A DNA stretch of 64,000 nucleotides from Octopus sinensis (GCF_006345805.1 NW_021833267.1:1-64000), one strand, 5' to 3'; shown: positions 15,193 through 30,064, numbered from the stretch's first letter. Numbers and translations are program-made. The notes: a model not told the origin generated them from the letters alone.

Positions 15193-15296
15193 TATATATA
15201 CATATGCAGGCATACACATAATATATATGTGTGAGGTGTGTTTGAGTGAGTATAGGAACGTGTGTGTGCAATGTGTGTTAGAGTTCTCTCTGTGTA

Positions 15297-15348
<52 letters not shown>

Positions 15349-15735
15349 TGTGCCCGTGTGTGTGTACACCGAGAGTGGTTATATCGTTAGAGAAACAGGA
15401 GTGCCCAGAATATGACATGCAAATCTGAGCAATATCCATCCGATTAATTTAGTGTGAAAACCTTCATTGTAATGCATCGCTCCAGCATAGATAACTGCTC
15501 CAGCGTAGATAATCCTATCAATTATTGTTATTGTTTAATAAGCATGTCATAACGTCATGTGATTTCCTGCAACAGATTGCAAACTCTTCAATATATTTTG
15601 ATAATAATATGTATATATGCATATAAATATATATTTGTGTATATGTGCATACATATATATCTATGGATATATGTAATATCTATATATGTATATGCATACA
15701 TACATGTGTCTATGTGTGTGTCTGTGTGTATGTTA

Positions 15736-16185
15736 TTATTAAGTTTATTTCAAGATTTCTTGGCAATAGAGAATGAACCGGTTTCTAAACTAGATCAAAG
15801 GCTCCCTCATTTGTATTTCAACATCAACAGCAAGGAATTCTTGTTTGTATATATGTATGTATGTATGTCCTATGTATGTATACTTATGCATATAGTAGCA
15901 TATCTACACATGCTCATATATATTTAAATGATAAACTTCTGGAAAGTTTTACAGATTTTTACATTTCTTGTGATGGATTGGAAATTTAGCATTCGAATTA
16001 GCTTACTCCTTTCCTGCTTTTGAGAAGCCTAATTTCTCAAGATTGGTATTTAAACAATGTGTTACATATCCCAAGGCCACACTAATTACTGGTACAAATT
16101 TAAACTTGTAATTTAGATAGAGTAACTCTAGATTTCTCAATAGTTCAGCGTACGTGATCTATTTATCACTGATCTGCAGTAAAAT
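15736..16185 (-). mobile_element. 3' end of a second, divergent RLE-type LINE
   Basis: Minus frame TYAELLRNLELLYLNYKFKFVPVISVALGYVTHCLNTNLEKLGFSK (Y..L...PV.vGALG motif), then a UTR ending AATAAACTTAATAATAA. Confidence 0.7.
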
Positions 16186-16901
16186 TTAAAATGTTTACCA
16201 TCTAATTTAGTTCCTAGACCAAGGCTTTCCTATTTGGAAATGTGTTCTAATGTGCACGATATTTTTAAGTGAATAATAATATTTAAAAATAATAAATAGT
16301 ATTGGGGTAATAAGAATTATAGAAATTATTATTACCAGTGGCCTAGCACAAAAAATAGTCAATAGACTATATATTATTCACATTAAAATATCGTGTACAT
16401 TAGAACACATTTTGTTTTTTGTGCTAGGCCACTGGTAATAATAATTCCTATAACTCTTATTACCCTAATATTATTTATTATGATTAAATATTTTTTTCGA
16501 AATTTTTACCGGCATTCTCTCTGTCGCCGGAAATAAACTGCATCGACGCGGTTCTTTTGAAAAAGTAGGATATACAGGCAACTGGTTTACTGGCGAATCT
16601 AGTTGTGTGTATATTGACGAAACTAGCCTCAGTGAATATTTGTTTACGGGAATGAGTTAGAAGCCATAGTCTAGGAATTAAATTAGATGGTAAACGTTTT
16701 TAATTTTCAATCCTTTCGAGAATTTATCCATAATTAGTGGTTTGAATTACTGCTCTTTCTAGCACAAGGCTTTCCTATTTGGAAGCCACTTAATATGTTC
16801 TAATATACACGATAATTTTATGTGAATAATATATAGTCTATTGACTATTTTTGTGCTAGGCCACTGGTAATAATTTTTATAATTCTTATTACCCTAATAT
16901 T
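16181..16901. repeat. Multiply inverted/duplicated AT-rich repeat
   Basis: TTTTGTGCTAGGCCACTGGTAATAAT occurs direct at ~16417 and ~16849 and inverted at ~16330-16355. 16181-16219 recurs inverted at 16669-16706. Confidence 0.85.
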
Positions 16902-16912
16902 ATATATATATA

Positions 16913-17290
16913 CTAGCAGTATCGCCCGGCGTTGCTCAGGTTTGTAAGGGAAATAACTATAAAGCATTTTTAGAGAGTTATAGCCAAAAAATAGCAAAAA
17001 AATGGAAAAAAAATGATGGTAAATTTTTTTTGAGAGTTAAAAAAGGTGGAGTTGCGCCCCCTAGACGGTCTGTGGTTTGGGTTTCTGATTCTCGACCCCA
17101 TGTCGAATTTATCGATTTTTTTCAGAACTGGGGGAACTTTTCAAAATTTTCGCTGCGTTAGTTTTGAATTATGACATTGGGCTATGTGTGTGTCAAGTTT
17201 CATCAGAATCGGTTGAAAGCCGTGGTCAGAGTGAGGGTACGAGAAAACAGACACACAGAAAACGCACAGACAAACTGCCGTTTATATATA
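16913..17290 (-). mobile_element. Non-autonomous Helitron
   Basis: Minus strand starts TATATAAACGGCAGTTTGTCTG and ends CCTGAGCAACGCCGGGCGATACTGCTAG|T, i.e. a GC hairpin followed by a CTAG terminus. Confidence 0.75.
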
Positions 17291-17322
17291 TATTATATAT
17301 ATATATATATATAATATATATA

Positions 17323-17355
<33 letters not shown>

Positions 17356-17749
17356 TGTATATGTGTATGTATATGTGTGCACACATACACATACATTTTA
17401 TCGTAGCCTCTGTGAACGTAGCAAAATTTGTTTATTCTAGACTATTGACCTCCCATTTTTTTGCTTTTATAAATGAAAAACCACACACATACACACAAAC
17501 ACACACACACACACGAACAAAACAAATATTAAACCTTATACTAACCATTTTTATCGGCACTTATGGTTCACCTTGTAATGGTCTGAGAAATTCTTTACCA
17601 ATATATACATGAAAAGAAAAGCAATTCTCAGTATTGATGCGATATATCTCAAGTATATTCAATTACAAGAACAATGGAATCTTCTAGAGAAGCAAATGAA
17701 ATGAAAGAATCGTTTAAGACACTGGTTAAAATTTTGATTTCACCTATAT

Positions 17750-19600
<1,851 letters not shown>

Positions 19601-21189
19601 GTCGTTTTGTTGATGTTATTGTTTGTCATTTAAGACATACATCAAGTACTTCCTTTCTTTGAACAAATAATACGTACATCTTGACGGTGTTGTATAGAAT
19701 TAATTCAAGTCTTTCAATTACGTTCGTGTTTAAAGCAAAAGCTCAATGTCAAAAGAAAGATGACAGAGAATTACAGAGACCAATACAGGTGTATAGAATA
19801 ACATACAACATAGATTCTTGGTTTATTAAAATTGTTTTCGCCTTTAGACGGCGGGTCGTAATTACCAAATGGCAATTAAAATTTAGCTCGAATTGAAGAA
19901 GGGTCATAATCTCAAGATTCAAGAGTCACGTCAAGATAACACACTATTTCAGGAATGAATAACAGTCGGGGACGCATATCTCTGGCTCAGGAGTCGGCAT
20001 CCACACGAACACGTTCTGACCTTCGCCCCGCTATACATAGAGCTTATATAAACAAATAGAATTATATTTATGCCGTAGGTAAGTTGCATTATTGAAGCAG
20101 AAATAGGCTAAAACACATAACTCAGAATCGTCAGTGGCACGTAATATCAAACCAGCAATATCCAACCTCATAAGCCACACACAAGAGCAGATAGCCTCAA
20201 ACAACCGTATATATTGCAAGCACTAAATTAATGTTCTTTTCAATATGGATAAGGAAACGAGAGGTAATTGATCATTCAATCTTCGCTTCCAAAGAATCTT
20301 TCACCTATTCACAGAATATTATGAAAACGAGACTGAACGTATATTATTTAACGCATTTTGTATCATTTCATATATGATCAGAAATAATATTGACAGTGTC
20401 GATACCCTTCTCATTACACAAAATATATTGGGAACATGAAAGAAGGGATTCATATTTTTTTCCTAGATTTCAGTAGACTTTTTTTTTCATAATCTTGAAT
20501 CGAAGTATATTCTACGATGTTCTTCTAACATATATATATACACTCTTCATACGACTAAGTATTCAGACATTACATTTTATGCAAACTATTATATTTATTA
20601 TATATTTATTATATTTTTACACTGTGCTATATTAAAACAAAATTATACCATTTAATATTGTCTAGCAAAAATATTCTTAAACTAAATACCTACTATATAA
20701 AGAAAACACGAGGAGTGTTTGGTTTCTTTATAGAATATGACATAGTTTAGTTTCAGCTCAGGGGTATCGATATCATGAAATTCCATACGCTTGCAGCTTT
20801 AGTATTGGCTTAAAATTTATTTTTTAGATACTATATTATACAAAATTAACCATATCGGTGCCACTTTCGTTCTCTCTTTCTAACTCCTTGTGTATTTATA
20901 TCTTCTATATCTCTCCACATCGTTTTCTTTCTGTGTATTTCCTCAAAAAAACCTAAACTCTTTTATCTTCCTCAGTCTATTCCTATCTTAACAATGTCAA
21001 ATTTTCTTAAACAGTTCTTTCTTTATTCCACACTTAATAAAATACTCTTGAAATTTTATTTCATTCCACTGTTTATAATGACACTTTTTTCATTGTTTTC
21101 AAGAATCGATATTTTTCCTTCAGAAAAAATAACAAATATAGTCAGTAGAATTATAAAAAAACAGTCTTTCCCATAATATATATATATAT

Positions 21190-21247
<58 letters not shown>

Positions 21248-22131
21248 ATATAATATATACACCAAACCCGAACACACGCACACTAACACACGAAAACACA
21301 CATGTCTATATTTATCTATCTATCTATCTATTCATTTATTTATCTGTCTCTCTCCTCTATACGATATACATATACTATATACAATATACACACATAAATA
21401 TAAACATGTATATAGATATAAAGATACATCTTTGCATGCGTACATACATGTGTATATGTGTATATATAGTATATATATGTGTGTGTGTATATATATATAT
21501 GTTTGTGTGTCTGTGTGTGGAGGTGTATATATGCATGTGTATGCGTGAGTATGTGTTTGCACGTATGTGTAAGATTAATATGAACGCATCAACAGCAAGC
21601 GAGACGAAAAGTGCTCCACGAATAATATTTTAAAATATCGTCTTTACTGTTGCTAATATTGTTATAAATAATTTTGTTAAAGAAAAAATAAGTTAAATTA
21701 GATTCTATTATATTTTCATCAAAAGAAAAATAAAATATCGGAAAATGTTGAGTAAAATATATAAATAAAAAAAAGAAAATTATCGCAAATTAAATTTAAG
21801 TGGGAAAATATTGTTTTCTGTTTAGTTGAATCAAATCGCTTTATTTACTTATTTATGTATTTATCTATGTATTTGTTTGTGTGTTTGTTATGTTGTTTGT
21901 TTATTTAATGACTTCACATTTATAAGTGTATGAGATCTTTGAAACAAAAATCTTAAATAGTTATATATATATATATATATATATATAAACATATATATGT
22001 ATGTGTATATACATATATATATATATGAGTTCAAAGCAGTATATGTGTATACATATATACATACATACACACACCCACTCACATACACACACCACATATA
22101 TTTACGTGCATACACGTATATATGGGTACAT

Positions 22132-22177
<46 letters not shown>

Positions 22178-22265
22178 GGTGTGTGTGTAAAAATGTATAT
22201 ATTCTGTGTGATGGAGTATGTTCGTACGCATATATATATTATATATATATATATGTATATATTTG

Positions 22266-22300
<35 letters not shown>

Positions 22301-23112
22301 GGGGGAAGAGAGAGGGAGAGAGAGATAAATAGATAGATAGATATACATACATACATGAACCTATGTGGGTGTACGTGTATACTCACATGACCACAAAGTT
22401 TCACATTAGCACACACACACGCATACATACACACACGCATACATACACACATAAGCACATATAACTAAACAACCAGAAAAAATCTATATTTAGACGGGAA
22501 TCTATATATGCAAATGATTATCGACGTAGTAAGTTCTCATAATTTGCATAAGTGTGTACCTACGCCTTTCAATAAACGAATGAATGGAAGAATATGTGTG
22601 CGCACGAATGTGAGCGTGAGAGACAACGCCAGGAAAGAAAGAAACGGTGAGAGCCTGCGTTCATTACCTTTGTTTTACGTCTCTCACAATATATCATTAA
22701 TTCATTGACAACAGTTTTATTCAATACAAGTGCGCCTAACATTTCAATAGTTACTGTTTACTGAATGTTCTCTGGTACTACTTTCAGTGTAATTCATTGA
22801 TATATATGTATTAATTTACCCGGGTGTTTGAGATATGGCTGCGATTGTTTTGGTGTATCACTCCGCCATTTTAATCAACCAGTTTCTTGAGAACTATTTG
22901 GATACAAAAACATTACCACGTGGGTGTAAGAATACGTAGAAACACAAATGTACATATATTCATTTAAACATTTATATATGTGAAAATAGAGAACGTGGAC
23001 AGCTTTAGTGCATGAGTTAAGCTCAAAATATATAGTCTTACATGAATGTATGTGCCTACGTATACGAACACCCCACAACACACACACACACACATATCTA
23101 TCTATCTATCTG

Positions 23113-23288
<176 letters not shown>

Positions 23289-23514
23289 TTTGCAGTTTTT
23301 ATGTCTATGTAAACTTGTAAATTGAAACTCTATTTCTATTTAAATCTCTGTATATATTTGAGTATAAACATACTTAAATGCCAGTGTGTGTGTGTGTGTG
23401 TGCGTATACGTGTGTGTGTGTGTTTGTATAAGTCTGTGTGTGTGAGTGTGTATAAGTGTGCGTGTGTATAAGTGTGTGTGTGCATATAAGTGTGTGTGTG
23501 TGTTAAAAAAATAT

Positions 23515-23665
23515 TTTATATATCAGACGCAAAGACCCCTCTTCAGAAGAAAAAGAACAGTGGATGCAAAGTCCAGTCATGTAGGGTCAACGGATCCTAC
23601 ATAACTCAACTTTTCTCAGACTGTTCTTTTCCTCTGAAGACGGGCCTTTGTGCCTGAAATATAAA
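23515..23665. repeat. Fold-back element, ~46-bp arms carrying CTGAAGA hammerhead-like cores
   Basis: 23515-23561 is an imperfect reverse complement of 23620-23665; inner hairpin at 23579-23602. Confidence 0.8.
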
Positions 23666-23950
23666 GGTTTTATTCAACTTTACGCATTGCCAGAAGCTTT
23701 TTATTTTCTCTCTTTTTACATACTTCGATATTGCATTGCTTCAAGCGAATTACGATTGGGATTGCGTTTAAGAATATTTCTAGTAAAACACTGCGTGTAT
23801 AAGGAAGTTAAACGCACCTCAGGAAACACGGGTTGCAGAGTAATTTAGAAATGATTAATAAGAATTAAAATAAAATTCAATTGTATCTGGTGATGTATAT
23901 TAGGATTTGATGAATTGCATGGGGACTTCTATCTGTAAATAACGTCAAAA

Positions 23951-24146
23951 TGTGATCTCGTGTGTACCGTTGGCGATTTTTTCCTCTGTCTTCCCTTCTC
24001 TGGATCTTTCCTTCTCCTATGTTTCCGACGAAAAGCTCCGCTCGAAACGTTAAGCCCTCCTTCTTTCCTTCTTTCCTGAGCGTCCAGGAATACTATATCT
24101 GTTCCACGTTCTCGCGTTGTTGTGTTTTCTTGTTTGGATTAACTTT
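23951..24146 (+). mobile_element. Short hammerhead-containing element, family H1 copy 2
   Basis: Aligns end to end with 12987-13200. Motif GTTT-CCGACGA-A-AAGC-TCC-GCTC-GAA-ACGT-T-AAGC at 24021-24055; ends at (TA)n. Confidence 0.75.
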
Positions 24147-24189
24147 ATATATATATAAGCTCTTTATATATATATACTTTATACATATA

Positions 24190-24572
24190 TAAGTACCATA
24201 TTCATATGGATCTAAATTTTTGCTGAACTTATATATATATATATATATATATATAAGTTCAGCAAAAATTTAGATCCAAATGAATATGGTACTTAATTTT
24301 TGGATGCACCAGAATTTTGTATGGTGTCATCCATATAAATCCGAGGGGTGATTATAATCAAAATAAGCAACAAGAATGACTGCGGTAATTTGGTACGATC
24401 GTTTCGTACTGCATCATTTTATTAAATGCTGTAAGTATTACAACAGTTTTAAAATGCTGAGCACTCATCAGTCAAAAACTGTTGTAATACTTACGACATT
24501 TAATAAAATGTTGTAGTACGAAACGATCGTACCAAATTACCGGAGTCATTCTTGTTGCTTATTTTGATTATA
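24190..24572 (-). mobile_element. Penelope-terminal-repeat-like element, family H3, with two inverted duplications
   Basis: Core 24254-24476 is homologous to 29200-29423. Palindromes at 24190-24295 and 24353-24572. Confidence 0.7.
24389..24476 (-). ncRNA. Type-I hammerhead ribozyme motif with canonical core and extended stem II
   Basis: Reverse complement: TTTGA-CTGATGA-GTGCTCAGCATTTTA..TGTTGTAA-TAC-TTACAGCA..TAAAATGATGCAGTAC-GAA-ACGATCGT-A-CCAAA. Confidence 0.75.
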
Positions 24573-25289
24573 TATGAGGGTTGATGTTAACAGCTAGTCC
24601 CTCCTCCAAAATTTCTGCCTATAATAGAAAGGATTATAACTTGAAATAATACATAGATTTATTACATGTGCATTCTAAAACTATATGCCTTATAATGTAT
24701 TTTAGCAAACTGTTACCGGTTATGAATGAGCAATCAACGTATGTGCATAAAAATACGTAAACAATTGTTGAGAGGCTAATAGTTTAGAAGGCAATATTGC
24801 AACCGAGAAAAAATGTAGCTATGCAACGTATTTCTGGTTATTATATGCTTCCATAGCGTCATCTTTCTTATGAAAGTGTTATTGCATTATTTCCTCCGAT
24901 TAAACTTCAAATGACAGCAGGCAGGTGGTCGACTACCTTCACATGGCAAACATAAATATTCAGTTAAAATACCAGAATTCATAAAATACGCCAACCAACT
25001 AACCAGCCAACCAACCAACCGACCAACTATAGTCAACTATCTAGCTTTCCCCCTCTCTCTCTCTCTCTCACCATCCCGCGCTCTCTCTCACTCACACATG
25101 CATACACAGATATATATATATACATATATACATAAGAAATGTATAAAGGACAATTGGACAATTACTTGTATAATGAGATTCATTAGCTGTTTTTGCATAT
25201 GCAGTAATAGCTGAGTCGTAGCTTAGAAAACGAAAGTGCAATAGTATTTGGGAATGCTTTTATATATATATATAAAAGATCAGCGTCAA

Positions 25290-25320
<31 letters not shown>

Positions 25321-25481
25321 TTCCCCTTTTACGATCCCTTTTGATCGAAAACCTACGCCACTTTTTTTTTGTTTCTTCTGGTTTTTTTGTTTGTTTTTTT
25401 CATCCCACAAAAGAAAAGCTCTACCTTGTAATTTGTCACATCTGTGTGCAACCTTGTGTGGCCAATAAAGAAACTTATCTG

Positions 25482-25549
<68 letters not shown>

Positions 25550-25552
25550 CAT

Positions 25553-26129
25553 CGCGGCGAGCTGGTAGAAACGTTAGCACGTCGGGCGAAATGCTTACCG
25601 GTATTTCCTCTGCCACTACGTTCTGAATTCAAATTCCGCCGAGGTCGACCTTGCCTTTCATCCTTTCGGGGCCGATAAATTAAGCACCAGTTACGCACTT
25701 GGGTCGATATAATCGACTTACTCCGTTTGGCTGTCCTTGTTTGTCCTCTCTGTGTTTAGACCCTTGTGGGTAGTAAAAAAATAGGTATTTCTTTAAGTTC
25801 TGAGTTCAAATTCCGCCGAGGTCGACTTTGCCTTTCATCTTTTCGGGTTCGATAAATTTTTACCAGTTACGCACTGGGGTTGATATAATTGACTCAATTC
25901 GTTTGTCTGTCCTTGTTTGTCTCCTCTGTGTTTAGCCCCTTGTGGGTAGTAAAGAAATAGGTATTTCTTCTATCTTTAGGTTCTGATTTTAAATTTCCCC
26001 GAGGTTGATTTTGCCTTTCATCCTTTCGGAGTCGATAAATGAAGTACCAGTCGAGTTTTGGGGTCGATGTAATCGGCTGGCATATCCTCTCCAAAAATTT
26101 CGGTTCTTATGCCTACAGTAGAAAAGAAT
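25553..26129 (+). mobile_element. SINE family A, head plus three tandem ~180-bp body units
   Basis: Head GGCGAGCTGGTAGAAACGTTAGC; units start GGTATTTC at ~25601, 25784 and 25960, each with a GTTCAAATTCC-like B box. Confidence 0.9.
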
Positions 26130-26151
26130 ATCTATATATAGTTTACCATTT

Positions 26152-26610
26152 TTGTGCTTCAGTCATTTGGCTACGGCCATACTGGAGTACCGCCTTTAGT
26201 CGAACAAATCGACCCCAGGACTTATTCTTTATAAGCCTAGTATTCTATCGGTCCCTTTTACCGAACCGCTAAGTTACGGGGACGTAATCACACCGACATC
26301 GGTTGTCAAGCGATGTTTGGGGGACAAACTCACACACACGCACACGTTGAAGCAGCGACGTCAAATGGTGGGCGCCAATCTGCTGTGCCGAATCGTCTCC
26401 TGCCTATGGGGTGATAAATTATATCTACTATCCTGTACGCCAAATGCTCTGTTCGACAGGCTTCCGCTCATTTTCCACCTAGAAATACACAACGTACAAG
26501 CTTTTTGCCATCGTGAAGCTAGATTAGAAGGAAAAACATTTTTGCCGTGAAGATTGAACGAACACAAATCCACTCTGTAGCGAAGTGGAATTCGGAACCA
26601 TGGAACGATT
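26152..26610 (-). mobile_element. SINE family B copy (3' half clear, 5' part degenerate)
   Basis: 26152-26340 is closely similar to 34675-34850. Confidence 0.75.
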
Positions 26611-27289
26611 CGTTGAAAATTTTGTTGAGTCAATATTCCACGAGTTTTTTTTTTTTTTGGTGGGGGGTTGTATATTTTTTCTTTTTGGCTTGTTTTCTAA
26701 AACGCCATCTCATACATCAGACCACACAATTAAACTTCTTTGAAATAGAAGACAGGATAAACGATTTAAATTTTCAACCCACCACCTAACAAAAAAAAAA
26801 TAAAAAAGAGAAAAAAAAAATTAAAACAGTAAAACAAATTAAACATAGAAATATATAAAATATGAAAACGAAATGAAAATAGGAGATCTAACATTATTTT
26901 TTGTATTATATCCTCTTGTCAATTTAGATTTTCTATTTACTAAAAATAAGAGCTGTCCACATTTCAACATAACCCGAAAGTACTAACACTTAATTTACGT
27001 CGCTATTGTACGTTATCAAAGCTAACTATGTCAATAGTTTAACTCTTGTAATCGTAGTTTAAAATCTTCAATACAACAAAAAAAAAATAAATACCGAAAA
27101 CAAAAGTGAATGAAAATTTTGAAAAGCTATTAATTCGTAAAACTGAAGTGTGATTCTCGAAAATTTAGTTCCCCCCCCCCCCACTCAATTACGTGGTCTT
27201 GTACAACAAGTACAGCTAGAACAATACCAACAACAATACCTACTACTACAAATAATAATGATAACAAAGATAATAATAATAATCCTTTC

Positions 27290-27503
27290 TACTATACGTA
27301 CATGGTTGGGGTTTTTCTTTGGGGGGGGGGCAAGGACTAGGCGATCATATCGACCCAAGTGTTTCACTGGTACTTAATTTATCGGCTTCGAAAGGACGAA
27401 AGGCAAATTCAACCTCGGCCAAATTTGAACTCAGAACGTAACAACAGGGGAAATACCACTAGGCGTTTTACCCGGCGTGCTAACGATTCTGCCAGTGCGC
27501 CGA

Positions 27504-27505
<2 letters not shown>
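27290..27505 (-). mobile_element. SINE family A monomer
   Basis: Reverse complement GGCGCACTGGCAGAATCGTTAGCACGCCGGG...TTCTGAGTTCAAATT...GATAAATTAAGTACCAG. Confidence 0.88.
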
Positions 27506-27576
<71 letters not shown>

Positions 27577-27884
27577 ACGTGACACTGCCCCAAAGATTCG
27601 CAATTCTAAGGAAAACCTGAAAATAATTGGCAAAATCCGCCTTGCACTTAAGGATATAATTTCAGCTAATGATGTTGATATTAGAGAAATCAGCCACCTG
27701 AAAATCCACGAAAATCTCATTGATTCTATGTGGTGAAAAGATTACAAAACGACAACATTCCCACAAATTAGCCTGCTTGACGAGAGCGAATAGAGTACAA
27801 AATTCAGCTACTTAGGTCCGACATAGAATGTTTCAAAAACCTTAAGTTTAACAAGATTATCAAACTGATAAAAATCCGAAAATT

Positions 27885-27924
<40 letters not shown>

Positions 27925-27925
<1 letters not shown>

Positions 27926-29194
27926 GAGGGGCGTTCAATAAGTAGTGCTTCTGACACACTTGCAGTTGTTTGATCTAGCTGAAATTTTGCATGTGCACTT
28001 ATTTGTACCTCTATAGATTAGGTGGCGAATTACAGCTCTGAACTAATTGTGGTTTCTGATTTACAGGTGTTTGAACTGAGTCAAGTGTGAAATGGAGCCT
28101 GTTGAGTGTCGAGCAGTGATCTGGTTTTTGTATTTGAAAGGACGCACACCACGGGAGGCTTTTGATGAAATGAAAGTAACTTATGGTGATGATGCCCAAT
28201 CATATGACCTTGTAAAACGCTGGCATTGTGAATTCAAACATAGTCGGAACTCTGGGGAAACAGCTCCCAGATCTGGTCGCCCACTTCTGCCGTTGATGAG
28301 ACGTCTGTCCGTCAAGTTGAGGCTGCCATTTTGGAAGGTCAACGCATAACTATTCGCCAAATAGCCCATGAGGTCAAGATTAGTACCGGGTCTGTGGAAA
28401 CTATCATTCATGACCATTTGCATATGCAAAAGGTGTCTGCCAGATGGATTTCCAGGTTGCTCACACCTTTCCAGAAGCTAGAACGGGTTGAGTGCTCGAG
28501 GATGAATTTGGAGATGTGCCAAGAAGATGAGTCAAAATTTTTCAAAAGACTGATCACACAGGATAAAACCTGGGTCCATCACTATGATCCGTAGACAAAA
28601 GCCCAGTCAATGCAGTAGAAGCACCGTGACTCACCCCCTCCAAAGAAGGCAAGGGTGCAGCCCTCCGCTGGCAAGGTCATGCTCACAGTCTTCTGGGACC
28701 AGGACGGAGTAGTGATGACAGATTTCCTGGCAAAGGGTACCACAATTACAGGAGCCTATTAAGCTTCACTTTTGAGGAAATTAAGAGAAGCTATCAAAAT
28801 CAAGAGGCGGGGCAAGATCAGCAAAGGCATCCTCCTCCTGCAGGACAACGCTCCGGTCCACAACTCGCGTGTCGCCAGATCAGAAGCACAGGCGTGCAGC
28901 TATGAACTCCTCTCCTTGCACCCTCTGATTTTCACCTCTTCCCAGCCATGAAGTTGATTTTGAAAGGAAAGCGTTTCCCAGATGATGCAGCCTTGATTTC
29001 TGAAGTCACGTCGTGGCTGGAGGACCAAGCTGGGGTCTTCTACAAAAACGGTCTCCAGAGCTGTATCAAACGATGGGAGAAATGCATAACTCTGAGTAGT
29101 TCCTATGTAGGAAAAGACTAATAACTGTGCCAAGTGTCGTTGCTCTACTGCTATGGGAAGTGGGTCAGGGGCATTAATTATTGAACGCCCCTCG
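27925..29194 (+). mobile_element. Mariner (Tc1/mariner, DD34D) transposon copy 1, decayed transposase 28092-29121
   Basis: TIRs CGAGGGGCGTTCAATAA / TTATTGAACGCCCCTCG flanked by TA. Motifs TQDxTWVHHYDP, KVMLTVFWD, LLLQDNA, LAPSDFHLF; contains stops and frameshifts. Confidence 0.96.
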
Positions 29195-29199
29195 TATAT

Positions 29200-29545
29200 A
29201 TAAGTTCAGCAAACAATTTAGATTCAAATGAATATGGTACTTAATTTAGATGCACCAGAATTTTTCATGGTATTACCCATAAAATATGCGGGGTGATTAT
29301 AATCAAAAATAGGCAACAAGAATGGATCCGGTAATTTAGTACAATTGTTTCATACTATAACATTTTATTAAAGCTGTAAATATTACAGCAGATATAATAT
29401 GTCAAGTAATCTTCAGCTAATTTCATATAGGTTTTCTAATAATATAAAGTTCTCAAATCAATTAGTACCATCCTAGTATAAAGCTGTAGATATGAATTTC
29501 AGGAACATGAAGTAGGATGCCAAACAGACCAAAATTAAGTTCACA
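29200..29545 (-). mobile_element. Family H3 element copy 2 with hammerhead motif at 29333-29423
   Basis: Homologous to 24254-24476. Reverse complement AAATTAG-CTGAAGA-TTACTTGACAT...ATGTTATAGTAT-GAA-ACAATTGT-A-CTAAATT. Confidence 0.7.
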
Positions 29546-29602
29546 ACTAAATATATATTATATATATATATATTATATATATATATATTATATATATATA
29601 TA

Positions 29603-30061
29603 TGAAAACCATATTTGATATCGATACCACCATAGAAACCATCAAGCAAAAGTCATGTGCTAACAGTACCTGTATAGCAAGGTAAGAAAAGCGCGTTAGA
29701 TTCTTCAAGGACAACAACATGTTCAAAAATAACACAAGAAATTTCTACAGGAATATACGGAAAATACCAGTTACATTAAAGTGTGTCCCATCAAAAGAAA
29801 AATTGCAGGAATTTTGGAATAAGGTTTTGGCAGAAGACAAAATACACAATGAAAAGGCCCTTTGGATTGCTACCTGTCATGACTTACAGTTTCAATATCA
29901 TTAACTGGTCCATTACTGAAATATGTAACCTTGACAGAAAAATACGAAAATTATTGACAATGCATAGACATAGAACGACTTTATCTGCCAAGGAAAGAAG
30001 GTGGCCGTGGCCTTTTTACAACTGGAATTAACAATGACACCTTTCTCAAAAGCTCTGAGGG
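29603..30061 (+). mobile_element. R4/Dong-like LINE fragment with internal deletions
   Basis: FKNNTRNFY...P..EFW...HNEKALWI (pre-RT region) is joined at ~29870 to sequence matching 665-890 and 63840-64000. Confidence 0.85.
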
Positions 30062-30064
30062 GAG

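Noticed and set aside
22616-22687. pre-miRNA-like hairpin (GTGAGAGAC/GTCTCTCAC)
   Set aside because: Large asymmetric bulge and loop; not a continuous ~30-bp stem.
25553-25650. tRNA gene
   Set aside because: A/B-box-like motifs belong to multi-copy SINE heads; no complete cloverleaf.
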